Source: Paraspadella gotoi
Taxonomy: Eukaryota > Animalia > Chaetognatha
Length of the DNA: 64,000 bases
Reading direction: 5' to 3'
Assembly: GCA_051294375.1 (NCBI GenBank)
Contig: CM119268.1
Location: 2,386,724-2,450,723, forward strand
The position numbers and the translations under genes are program-made. Below, piece after piece: positions 52,101-64,000 of the stretch. The stretch's first letter is position 1; every line of letters begins with the position of its first letter. The notes beneath the pieces are model-generated. The model was not told where the DNA came from. It made no database searches and saw only the letters and a program-made list of their open reading frames with translations.

Positions 52101-53530
52101 TTTATTTTAACTGTGACTTATTTTAAATAGTTTGGTAAAAGTGTTTCAAAATCACTTTCTTTCAATCTTTTTGACCATCGGCTTTTTTTCGTAAGCAACA
52201 GCAATCTATCGAGCCTTGACGATCTTGCGATCAAATGAATAATTATTTCCGTCATAGGAAATAATTAGTTTGAAAATGATAATTAATTATATAGACTGGC
52301 CCAAAGGCTGGATATTATTTTCCAAATACTAAAATCAAATTTAGCTTATTCTGATTCAAATGAGCTATTGCTTAATAATATATGATGGTTTGGCTTTGGG
52401 GGAAAAATAAAAAGAGGTATGTAAAGAAATATTTGGTATTATTTTTAATAACCCTTCTTAGTTCTTGGTAAACACTTATTTAATACATTTAATAATAGTT
52501 TCATTTAAGTGAGTAGACGGGGATTTCAAAGTGGGATTTTATTCTCAGAAAATAGACAGTAAACAAGACGGTGACAATTTCCAGGCAGAGTGAATCAATA
52601 CAATTTTGGTACAAATTTTTAAAATGCCACCGGATCGGAGGTAAAGGTAAAAATCACTGGCGGATGGAAGCCCATCCTATAATTGGCAGATGCAATTTGT
52701 CCCTTGACCAATGAGAGAGTTCCATTCCGATTCCGGCGGATTTTACTCGAGTCGCCGATCCAATTCCGTTTTTTTTAGTTTGATTCCTCTGCGATGGAAT
52801 AACATGAAAATGGACATGTTTTGGCTTCAATGTAAGCCTTCACCAGCGCAAAAATAAGTTCGTTGTTTAAAAAAAAAATTTCTCTTTTAATGCTACCAAA
52901 ACAACGAAACAAAAGAATCAAAAAAATGAATATATTATTATAATTTTTTCAAAATATAATATCTGCGTGACTCGATTCATCATTTGATTTAAGTTTTAAG
53001 CCATACCATACAAACAAATAATTGAAGCATAGATAATTTTTTTTTATTTTCAAAAATTAAATACTAAAGACATACGAAATAAAAAGAATCAGTTTTTCAA
53101 AGTCGTGGGAGTTCTACTAATTATTTCTGGTGAAATAATTGTGTTGCCAAACGTTGGGGAAAACAGAGAAAATATTTTTCTCTTGTCTATTAATTATAAC
53201 TTTCATTATATTTGTACTTGGGGACGGAAATATTATCTCTCNNNNNNNNNNCCCGCCACTTTATAACTTTAAATTACATAAACTCTATAAAGACATTTTT
53301 AAAAATCATATAAAAAAATTTGTTAAAAAAAGAATCAATGTGATTAAATTTTATTACATGTGGTTTAGGAGATATGATTTTTTAAACTTGAGTATTCCAA
53401 AACCAAACGAGAAAATCAGATTTTATCTACACGGATTTTTTTTTAACTAGAAAAACTATATAATAAAAAAGGCTGTCATTATGATAGTAAAAAAGCTTTT
53501 GACATTCAGATTGCTCAGACACATACTCTA

Positions 53531-53900
53531 ATTAGGGCCAAACTTTGTCAATGGGGTGGGTCAGAAGTTTGATTTGGGAACCTTCCCAAATGAAACTTCA
53601 TACATTTCTGAGAAAGCTTTCAATGGACCAAATTTTTTTAAAATGGCAAGAAGCACTAGTAATTAATTTTTTAATATTTATAGATAAGAAATGTCAAAAT
53701 TTTTTTTTTGAATTTTGTATTTTTAAAAGCAGGTTCAGATAGCTCATAAAAGTTGTCTACACAAAGTATAATTCTTTTTCAATATTTTTATGATAAGTGG
53801 GTCAAAATTTGAAAAAACCTAAAAAAATTATCCTCATCATCATCATCCGATAATTTTAATAGTTTTTGCTAATTTTTAGTAATAAAACATCAAAATTGTA
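53531..53900 (-). mobile_element. AT-rich dispersed repeat, inverted relative to 25500-25917
   Basis: TAGGGCCAAACTTTGTCAAT.GGGTGGGTCAGAAG.TT.GATTTGGGAAC... is the reverse complement of 25860-25912, and similarity continues for ~370 bp. Confidence 0.65.
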
Positions 53901-54289
53901 ATTACATTTTTTGTTTAACTTTTTTAGCTCTATCAGAGTTGAAAAATAAAAAACGTCAGCGAACTTTAAATCAGTTTTAAATTTTTTTTAAAAATTCAAG
54001 TTTATAGGGTGATTTTTAAAGTCTGAAATAAAGTGGCGCTTTTTTTTTGACAGGACTCTCTCTCTCTCTCTCTCTCTCTTTCTTTCTCTTTCTCTCTCTC
54101 TCTCTCTGGATGCAATTGGCAGCAATAGCTTAAACAAACTTGTCCATTAAATGTGTCGACTTCGTCGTCGTCATCGTCGTCAATGACGTCGTTCCGCCCT
54201 CTTCTTTTTTCCTCCATTGATATCTATCCTTTTCCATCGATATCTATCCTTCCCCTTCCCATTCCTGCAATGCCAAACCCCCTTACCCG

Positions 54290-54696
54290 AACTCGATTCG
54301 TTGACTGACGGCGCTGCGGCCAGAATGGCGTCAGCGGGCCAACCCTACGCCAACTGGAAACCGGGTCACTCCGGCGTTGAACCGGATCCCCCCCCCCCGG
54401 CGGGAAGGCGGGCTATCCCGGCAGATCCGGCGGTTGGTCCCGGCAAATATCGTTGGTGGTTGTCGTTGTTATGAAGTTGATTGTCATTCTGGTGGTTGGC
54501 GTCCTCGCGGTAGTTGTGTGGTTGTCAAAGTGATTGACCGACAAAGTGACTTATAGAGCCGGGATCTGCCTTATGGCTTTAAGCAGATTCATCCGAAAAT
54601 ATGCACCGAGTTGGCGACAGAAGGAATAAAATTAACCGAAAGTAATGTTTTCCTTGAGTTTAGAGAAGCAGAACTTGGTTTAATTCCCCACCTCAC

Positions 54697-54735
<39 letters not shown>

Positions 54736-54946
54736 TTCACAGGTACGCAGTTAAAAAACATTTCCCCGTTTCTCTTCTTTTTTGATCTATGAGTTTCCGA
54801 CCGGGTGGCGGCGACGAATTACCAAAACTTTGGGGTGGCGTCGTCGGAAGCGAAAAAACGACGACGCCATCCGGAAGTTCGACGCCCTTGGCCGAAGAGT
54901 CAACGCTGAGGAGGAACGAAGACAAACCAAAGGAAAAATTAGCGCC
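54290..54946 (-). CDS. Possible exons of an unidentified gene (GC-rich blocks 54946-54790 and ~54600-54290)
   Basis: Acceptor-like CTCCCCCCAG| after (CT)n at 54947 and donor-like GG|GTAAGG near 54288. The frame is ambiguous and no domain was recognised. Confidence 0.25.
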
Positions 54947-57090
54947 TGGGGGAGTTGAGAGAGAGATAGAGAGGGAGAGAGGGGGATAGAGAGAGGAGAG
55001 AGAGAGAGAGATGGAGAGAGAGAGAGGGAGAGAGGGGTATAGAGAGAGGAGAGAGAGAGATGGAGAGGAAGAAGGGGGGATATAGAGAGGAGAGAGAGAG
55101 AGAGATGGAGAGAGATGGAGAGAGAGAGAGGGATAAAGAGAGAGAGAGAGTACTCGCGGGACAACTAATAAACAATCATGAAAACCTCCACATAGTTGCT
55201 TTGAGAATCGTCCTCCCCTCACATGAGTCAGAGTCTTTATGTTTCTTCTAACTTATGTTTATCCTCTTTTCTTTGTGTTTATCCTTAAGAGTTTTTGTTT
55301 GTTTTTTCCTTCAGTCATATTCCTATTCGTGCTGCCCTCTTTTTCTTTAGTCGTCGTGTCTGATTTTCCAAGTTCCATTGTTTGTTTACTTCTGACTTTT
55401 TCCGATTTACTTACCCCTCTGAAATTGTAATTTTTTTTTTTTTTGTTTCATTTTTTTCCCGTCTATTTAACTTTTCCTTCCCACAATTACGAATTGTCTT
55501 TTATTTTCTCTACTATGATCGTTTTCCCTTTACTTTCTATAGAAATCTGCTTTTCTCTCTGTGCCCACTAGATCTTCTCTTGCATTGCTTTATACAAAAT
55601 TGCAAATTTTAAAATCTTAAAAAACCAGATGGCTGTACAAACAAAAGAGCATTTTTAAAAACAAAATAGCAATAGAATAGTCCTATTAAATTGTTTTCTG
55701 TTTTCACCCTACTATACTTGAGGGCTCTACAAAGAAGAAAGCTTTTTGTAAGACAAAGGGACATTCAAAATGTTATTAGTGCCGCAGTAACAGTTCAGTT
55801 TAAGCCCTTGAAAGCGCAGCCACTGGTTTATCTTTTTTCCTTCTCTTATGTTTATTTATTTGGTCACCATTTTTCTTTATTTTTTTTCGATATTCTCCTT
55901 TCATTTTGTTGTGTTTGTGATTTAACGAAAATTGGTTTTTGATGCAACAACGATTTTATTTACTATATTTAGTATATAAGCAGACATGTTTCGACTCTAA
56001 TGCGAGTCATTTTTTTAAATAATATTTCCTTTCATTGTGCTTTTTTCTCATAGTTTTTGCTTTCCTCCATTGTTTTATATCTTTTCTTTCTTTTTGTTTT
56101 CTTTTTCAATCCTCTTCTTATTTCCTTTTTTCTATCTTTTCCTCCAAAATTTTCTTCCTCTCATTTTATTTCTTTCTTTTTCCCGTTTTCTCTCCTTTTT
56201 TCATCTCATTTTCTTTCCTTTTTCCTCTTATATATTCTTCCCTCCCCAATTTCCATTCTCTCACTTTCTTTCCTTTTTCTTTCCTTTTCTTTCCTCCTTT
56301 TTCTTTCCCTTTTTTTCCCATTTTTCTTTCCATTTCCTAATAAGATTCTTTTCCTTTTCTGCCTCGAGAAAAAATAACATTATTAATTCACCAAGAGTTG
56401 AGACGATAATCTCGTCTCATCATCTCGCGTCGCAAGAATAAAATAAAAAAATAAAAATAAAAATAAAAGATAAAACAAAAGATAAAAAAAGTTGAAATTG
56501 AGGATAACATTTCATACTTTCTTCTCCTCCTTTCACATTTTCTTCGTAAGATTTTTTTTCTCATAATATTTTCTATCATCTCTTCCTCTTTTTATCCCAA
56601 CGTAAAATGCTCTACATCTATTATCCATCAAAAGTCTTACTCTCTCTCTCTCTCTCCACTCACAACATCTCCTTCCATCCTTCTTGATCTCCTTCTTCGA
56701 CAGTTAATCCTTAATATCATTTTCTCCTTTCCTCCATCTTCTTCCTCATTCCTATTTCTAGTCTTCTTACTTCCTCCTTTGCTCCTTCTTCCTCGATCAC
56801 TTCCTTCTCCTCCTCTTCCTCCTTCTCTTCCTCCTCCTCATCCACATTTTATCCGGAAAGATTTCGTCAGACACAAAAATAGAAGCGAAGAAAAGTTAAG
56901 CGTAGACCTTTCACCGAAGGTGGAGGTCAGATCGTGGTGACGACGACGAAGAGATAGACGCGACGGCGACGACGGACGATGACGACGACGACGGCCATGA
57001 CGACCATGAAGATGAAGACGACGATGACGACGACGACTATCGCAAGAACAATTTAAACGTATAACGACGACGACAAGGACAATGCATAGA

Positions 57091-57174
<84 letters not shown>

Positions 57175-57679
57175 GAGAGAGAGAGAGCGACGGCATAAGA
57201 GCGGAAGCAATTTTCGAACGCGCGCAATATTTTAGATGTCATCTTTTTTTTTCAGATCTAAATTTTTAAAGATGCGCGACGACGACGACGACGATGAGGA
57301 AGACGACGACGGCGACGACGACAACGAAGTCTTTTTTTTTGGTGACTTAATTTTGTACTCGAGAGAGAAAAGCCTTAAGGAGAGAAAGTACATTATCGAA
57401 AAAAACCTTGTAATAAATAAATAAAATATCAAATTCGTGAGTAAAAATTGCGAATTTCTCAATTACTTTGTTTATCTCTAAAGGATCGTCAAGCATTTAA
57501 GCCTGTTGACGTCATCCGCGTTACCATGACAACGGCCGAGTCGATCAACGATTTCCTTTCAAATCAACATCCTTTATTTTCCCCTTTTCGAATTTGCGCG
57601 CGTCGAGCGAAAATGAAAAAAACAAATAACAGAGCGCGTTGTCATCGACATTTTGAGAAAAAAAAAATAAAACAAAAAA

Positions 57680-58170
57680 AAAATATATCTTAAAAGTATT
57701 ATTGATCGAGCCAGCCAGCTAACAAAGAAAATTAATGAAAAAATCCAGGAAAAAAACGAATGATTGATGCGATAACAAATTATTGATGTAATGGTAATTT
57801 ATTGATATAATAGGAATTGATTATTGATGCGATGATAACTAAATATTGATGCGATGATAACTAATAAATGATGCGATGATAACCAAATGATTGATGTGTT
57901 GATAACCAAATGATTGATCCGATGATAATCATTCATTGATGTGATGAATATCATTCTTTGATACAATGATAGTCATTCATTGATTCGATGATAGTCATTT
58001 ATTGTCGCGATGAATCATTCATCGGAAATAAAAGAAACAAATGCATGTATGAATGAAAGAGAGAGAGAAAAAGAGAGAGAGAGAGAGAGAGAGAGAAAGA
58101 AAGAAAGAGAGACAGAAAGAAAGAGAATAAATCTACAAAAATCTTGGATCTAAATTTGGGATTTTGTACA
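57680..58170 (+). repeat. Dispersed direct repeat of 45240-45760, containing a ~21-bp TGATGCGATGATAAC.AAAT tandem array
   Basis: Seen directly; array at ~57820-58000. Confidence 0.75.
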
Positions 58171-58961
58171 CTTTCGTACACATCCCATAAAAATTCATTT
58201 TAATTCATAGTAATTTTTATTTAAAAAAAACTGTAAGCCCCAATCAAAATTATATGAACCGTAGTAGTTTTTATATAAAAAAGCGTGACCCTGACGACAA
58301 CGATGACGACGACGACGACGTCACAAAGAAGCTAAAGCGAAACAAAATCTAGCCAGGACGGGCTTCGACGTCTGGCTCGATAACAAAAGGGAAAGGAATT
58401 TGAGTCCGACGAGAAATTTAATAAAAAATGGATAATTTCCTCTCCTTTTGTTTACATTCGCGTTGGGCATTGAGTCTCCAGCGGCGCAAGGTCTTCCTTT
58501 TTTTTTTGAAACGGGGAAGTAAGCATTTATTACTTCTTGTCGGTCGGTCTGTCAAGTCAGAAGATTAACTAAAAACTGAGTTGAAGCAAGAATTAAAACT
58601 CTCAATTGTACCGTTACTTTTTTATTTCTAGGGCTCATGTAACCTATCAAAAACATCTTGGTTTAAAAACCAACTCTTTGATAGCTAATTATTTAAGTAA
58701 ATATATATATTTTTAAAGCATAATTAAACAAAGTATAATGAACAGTCGGAAGTATAGCACAAGGAAAAATTAACTACTACTTTATAACAGAAAAATAACA
58801 GTTACAAGGTTTTTTTCAAATTTCAAAAGGACAAAAAGTATTGGATAGAGTTTCAGCATAATTCAATGAATTTATATGTTATAATTATTTTTCGTTCAAA
58901 TTTTTACAAGTAAAAATGGATACTTTTTTAAATACACACAATCACCTTTCATTTTTGGTCA

Positions 58962-59073
58962 GACAACCAATCCCCTAAACCAATCCCCACAACCACTCGC
59001 CACAACCGATCCCCACAACCAATCCCCACAACCAATCCCAACAACCAATCCCCACAACCAATCCCCACAACCA
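58962..59073. repeat. 13-bp minisatellite ACAACCAATCCCC, ~8 units, just downstream of the peritrophin stop codon
   Basis: Seen directly. Confidence 0.85.
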
Positions 59074-59086
59074 CTTCCATCTTCTA

Positions 59087-62000
59087 TCACTCGAAATTGT
59101 CGCAGACCCAATCACAGACCCCTTTCCTTTGGTTCCACATCGATCCTCCAGGACAGGAAAACTCCACGAGGTTGCCGTGAGTGCAGACGTAAAACACCGA
59201 GCAGTCGAGAGGCTCAGAGTAGAACTTATTGGGGCTGCCGCAGGGTCGACCCGATCGGGGTCGCGGACGGGGCTGTCGTGACGTTGGTCGGCCCGTCACA
59301 CCGCCGCCGCCGCCGCCCCCGTATCCTTCCACTCCGTTGACCATCTTCCCAAAGGCCCCGCCCACCGCCTCGGAATTGGCCAAGTAAGACACGGCCTCGT
59401 CCGGATCGACGAAACTCAGGCTCAACTCGACGAGCCTTTCTGCGGGCACCCCGGCGTCGTCCGCGTAGCCGGCGTCATCGCAGGCTCGGTCGCAGGCTTT
59501 CTTGGAGTGGTTCCAGTAGCCCCAGCCGCAGCGGAACCGGAAAAGCCGATTGTTGGCGCAGAGGTAAAAGACGCTGCAGTCTAGCGGGTCGGGAAGGTGG
59601 ACTCCTTCGGTGGAGCAGAAGACGGAGGTCTCGTTGACCTTGGGGGGGGAGAGGGGAAGAGGAGAGAGAGATTGAGAGAGAGAGAGAGAGGCGAGAGGAG
59701 CGTCATTATGAGCTATGAAGAACCTACGGGATAAGCCCTACGTAACTTCGTGGAATTAAACCACGAATAAAAAAATTTGTCTTGAAGCCAGTTACTCTGG
59801 TTAATAAGTAAGTAAAAAAATTAGCTTGATTCATAAATTGATGGATTCGTTTAGGGGAGGATCAGTTCTTTTTTTCATTATCAGCTTAGCTTCAAAAGCC
59901 GGTAAAACTGTTTTGCAGTTGTACGTTAAAACGTCTAAGTAATAATACATTACCATATATCAATTTGAAATAAAGTCCTAAGGCTCCATAACAAATTTTA
60001 TTAAGATATATTAAAAAAAAGAGAAATTGCTCTAATATGCAAATGAGATTAAGAAACTCAATCGTGACACTAAACCTTTCTCGACGTAAGAGGCGCCTTC
60101 CCAGCGACGACCGGCGCCTTCGACGCCGCCGTCGTCCTCCAAGGCGTCGTCTGCGGCGCCGTGACGCTTCTCATGGCGCCGCGAACCGCGTAGGCGCCCT
60201 GTTCGCAAGTCCAGTCGCACTCCCGCTTGTTTTGGTTCCAACTGAGACCCGCTGGGCAGGCCTTCTCTCTCGGGACGCCGTCGTGACAGTGGAAGAACTT
60301 GGAACAGTCGGTCAAGTGGGGGAAGTAGGCCTCGCTGCCTGGAGGACAGTCGAAGGCCAACGGCTTCGTCGTCGTCTTCGTCGTCGTCGTCGTTTCTCGT
60401 CCCGAAGACGTTCGTTTCTCTGTCGTTGTTGTTGTCGTCGTCGTCGTCCCACGATCGCACGTCCAATCGCACTGTGTACGTGCGTTGTTCCAGTACTTGC
60501 CGGGCGGACAGGAAAATTTGATCTTTCGGTCAAGAACCTGCGGGATTTGTACGTACATAATTTTAGTAGGGCACATATCATCACAACCTTTCCTCCTATT
60601 CTCACCCTACCCCCCCCCNNNNNNNNNNNNNNNNNNNNNNNNNAAACCGATTGGCCAGCCACCGAATTTCTTGATGCCAGAGATAACGACGGAAAAGTGT
60701 CGCGGCGTCGGGCACGCTACGCGTTGTGCCGCCTCGCAGGGCACGTCGTTGATGACGAACCCGTGATCGTCGACGGAGGAGAAAGGGGGATCGTCGGACT
60801 GAGGAAGGAGGGGGAGGAGGGAGGAGGAGGAAAGAGAGGTGGTCGTCGTCTTCGCCGTCTTGTCCTCAGTGGGACGAGTGGTGGCGCGTTCGCATTTGAC
60901 AGACCTGTTTGAGGTTGAAATGGGCAAAAATGCTTTATTAAGGAATAGAAGTATACTGACTGCAAATTTAGCGATAGTGACAGAGAATTAACTACCGTTT
61001 ACTATGGACAAATAATTATATAACATTACTATTTCGGAATACTCTGTTGCAACCAAGAAATCTCGGCCCAGTGTTTTAGAGAAATGACCACTTTTCAGTC
61101 TTTGTAAAATATAAACCAAATTTGTACCTCGGTTTATGCTCGCATTGTAAGTTTAGTTCTTGCCGTGGCCGCGTCGGAAATGTTTCACCTTATTGTTTAT
61201 TTTATATCGTTTTACCTTATTTATAATAATTATAATGAATATCAATGATCCCTAGTTTTTATTTTGGCCAAAGAGACTCGTCAGTTACTATCCGTAATTA
61301 GTGAATAGACGAACAACATCTTACATATTTCGTAACAGTTGAAAGTGTTTTTGTAACACAGAAGGTCATAAAATTGAAGCCAAATCAAAGGAACAGTCCG
61401 GACCCGGGACGGACCTTGAGGTTCTGATTCCAGGACTGTCCCCCGTTGACAAGAGAAACGGAAGAGGCCCGTCCGTGGAGCAGCGATAAAGATTCGATCG
61501 GAGACTTGATCTTTGATGTAGTCGAAAACGTCAGAGCAGCCGATCTCAGTTCTGAGGGAAGTTTGAGGGGGGAGGGCGCGGTGAAGTAGGAAGAATATCT
61601 CCGAATTTTTAATTTTTAAAGTTTTTAAACTTTATTAACTTTTACCTAATGCTAGTCCCTAACCCATATCTACCTATCAAACAACTCCTAATTACATTTC
61701 TTAATATCAAACCCTAATTCCTACCTTAACCCTAACTAAATTAACATAATCTTATGTAAAAAAATTAAGCTAAATTCCAGATTTTTCACATGAAAAGGGG
61801 GATTCTGAGGAAAATAAGGCTGAATTATGAGAAATGAATTTTGTATGGCGTAGATAAACGTGCACCAATATTTTTATAATCGCAAAAGGAGTTTATGGGC
61901 ATTTAAATATACCAAAGTAAAACGAAGGGACAGACCTACAGACCACACGAAAAGTGATAATATGTAGTTCTCTCGTATTGAAATAAAACGATAAAAACAG

Positions 62001-62610
62001 GAAGTTTGTAAAATGTATTAAATGAATCTCGCATAGAATTTAATTTTTTATTAGAACAAACGTTTATCAAAACTACCTGTAACCCATCGTCCGAGTCAGG
62101 GCGCGTCGGTCGTCGTCGTCTTCGTCGGCGCCTGGCGTCGTCGTCGTCCGTCGTCTCGTCGTCATCCGCCTCACTTCGTCCCCTCGTGTTCGTCGTCTGC
62201 GGACACGGGCGGCTCCAAACGTGAAGTATCCCCTCCGCTCGCACTTGCGTCGCAGACTTGCTCAAGTGGATTCCGAACGAGACCGTGATTCCGACAGAAG
62301 AGTTTGATCAGCTGACGGAGACCGCACTGGTAACCCGACGGAGCAGTCACCGAGATCCGGCAGATAGGCGCCCGCTCTTGAAGCACACCTGCCGGAGAGC
62401 TTCGTGGAGCCTAGGGGTGACGCCGAGAGGAGAGTGGCCGTCGACGCCCGGCGTCGTTTTCGGCGTCGTTCGTCGTCGTCGGCGTCGTCGTCGGCGGCGC
62501 GTAGACGCAGATTCTCGTCGTCTTCATGCGATCCAGCGAGGGCGCTGGCGTCGGTTTACGAAGGCGACGTCGCCCTTGTTCTCAAGATCCAGTCGCACAT
62601 TCGGCGTCCC
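59087..62610 (-). CDS. Peritrophin/mucin-like protein with multiple chitin-binding type-2 (CBM14, peritrophin-A) domains and Thr-rich linkers; 3' part; exons ~62610-62078, ~61550-61415, ~60904-60663, 60537-60076, 59638-59087
   Basis: Six-Cys domains such as CPPGSEAYFPHLTDCSKFFHCHDGVPREKACPAGLSWNQNKRECDWTC, CSTEGVHLPDPLDCSVFYLCANNRLFRFRCGWGYWNHSKKACDRAC and CGSPNKFYSEPLDCSVFYVCTHGNLVEFSCPGGSMWNQRKGVCDWVC, with GT-AG junctions. Upstream exons contain indel errors. Confidence 0.9.
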
Positions 62611-62882
62611 TTGTTGGAGGGAAATGGCAGAGGGGGTCAGTTCTCTTCTATTTTCCTTTATCCCAATTTATCTTTTACCTTTCTCTAAATCCTCCTTTTT
62701 TCTTTAATCTCCAATATATCTTTCCCTTTCCCCGAATTCCCTCCCTATCCCCATTCCCCTCTTTCCCCTTCCCCTATCCCCATCCTCCCCTCCCTTTTTC
62801 CCCTTCCCCCACCCCCCTTCCCTCTTTCCCCTTCCCCTTTCCCCTTCTATTCCCCTACCTCTTTCCCATCTCTCTCTCCCCC

Positions 62883-64000
62883 AAACCGATTGCCACGCCC
62901 ACCGAATTCTTGATGCAGAGATAAACGACGGAACAGTCGTGCGGGTCGGGCACGTACGCGTTGTCCGCCTCGCAGGGCACGTCGTTGATGACGAACCCGT
63001 GATCGTCGACGGAGGAGAAAGGGGATCGTCGGACTGAGGAGGAGGGGGAGGAGGAGGAGGAGGAAGAGGAGGTGGTCGTCGTCTTCGCCGTCTTGTCCTC
63101 AGTGGACGAAGTGGTGGCGGTTCGCATTTGACAGACCTGTTGAGGTTGAAAAGGGCAAAAATGCTTTATTGAAGGAATAGAAGAATATTGACTGCAAATT
63201 TAGCGATAGTGACAAATAATTAACTACCGTTTACTATGACAAATAATTATATAACGTTTTACATTGTCGGAATACTCTGTTGCAACCCCAGTGTTTTAGA
63301 GAAATGACCCACTTTTCCGTCTTTTGTAAAATATAAACCAAATTTGTACCTCGGTTTTGCTCGGCATTGTAAGGTTTAGTTCTTGCCGTGGCCGGTCGGA
63401 AATGTTTCACCTTTATTGTTTATTTTATATCGTTTTACCTTACTTATAATAATTATAATGAATATCAATGATCCCTAGTTTTATTTTGGCCAAAGAGACT
63501 CGTCAGTTACTATCCGTAGTTAGTGAATAGAGGACAACATCTTACATATTTCGGTACAGTTGAAAGTGGTTTTGTAACAGAAGGTCATAAAATTGAAGCC
63601 AAATCAAAGGAACAGTCCGGACCCGGGGACGGACCTTGAGGTTCTGATTCCAGACTGTCCCGCGTTGACAAGAGAAACGGAAGAGGGCGCCGTGGATGCA
63701 GCGATAAAAGATTCGATCGGAGACTTGATCTTTGATGTAGTCGAAAACGTCGGAGCAGCCGATCTCAGTTCTGAGGGAAGTTGAGGGGGGAGGGCGCGGT
63801 GAAGTAGGAAGAATATCTCGGAATTTTTTAATTTTTAAATGTTTTTAAACTTAATAACCTTTTACCCTAAATGCTAGTCCCTAACCCATATCCCTAACCC
63901 TAATCAAAAACCAAGTTCCTAACCTTGACCATTTACTTTATCCCTAACCTAACCTTTAAACCTAACTATTAACATAATCTTATGTAAAAAATTAAGCAAA
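62883..64000 (+). repeat. Direct duplicate of 60644-61770, including two peritrophin exons and their introns
   Basis: Near-identical exons and introns, differing mainly by indels. The partner copy begins right after the 25-N gap at 60619-60643. Confidence 0.9.

Noticed and set aside
47188-53900. XK-like gene as cargo of a composite or Pack-type transposon
   Set aside because: The flanking related repeats have their apparent termini (49490-49503 and 53531-53543) facing the gene, so the gene lies between two elements rather than inside one. No outer TIR/TSD pair was found.
63860-63970. Telomere-like CCTAA/CCCTAA repeats (also 61655-61740)
   Set aside because: Short, degenerate, intronic and duplicated with the surrounding segment; not a telomeric array.

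Overview
This is eukaryotic (invertebrate animal) genomic DNA, not prokaryotic. It has GT-AG introns, dense (CT)n/(GA)n, (GAAT)n, (GAAA)n and (TTTA)n microsatellites, many N gaps and indel-rich stretches typical of uncorrected long reads. Most ORFs in the supplied track are microsatellite or gap noise. About a third of the window is redundant: an inverted pair (~3.6-7.4 kb plus 9.7-9.8 kb vs ~10.2-14.1 kb) and direct pairs (13.7-15.4 vs 15.4-16.9 kb; 28.7-35.0 vs 35.6-42.4 kb; 60.6-61.8 vs 62.9-64.0 kb). Each pair has a junction at or near a short N gap, so these are probably uncollapsed haplotypes or gap-filling overlaps. Comparing the copies exposes filled/empty transposon sites. Genes I can support are all on the minus strand: (i) a 4-exon, ~393-aa type-I membrane protein with three Cys-rich WC..WDxCC repeats and a possible alternative secreted terminal exon; (ii) a multi-exon CX3C-rich protein with tRNA-Asp(GTC) in an intron; (iii) an AT-rich XK-related multipass membrane protein; (iv) a multi-CBM14 peritrophin/mucin. 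Mobile elements include a 2.3-kb TTAA-flanked TIR element with its empty site, piggyBac-like ends containing a 22-bp minisatellite, a 4.7-kb LTR element with no recognisable pol, a 5'-truncated LINE in a (TC)n tract, and a Helentron/DINE-like element. I see no CRISPR, rRNA or operon-like system. The best candidate for undescribed biology is the Cys-repeat receptor with its potential membrane/soluble switch. All calls were made by eye, without database searches.
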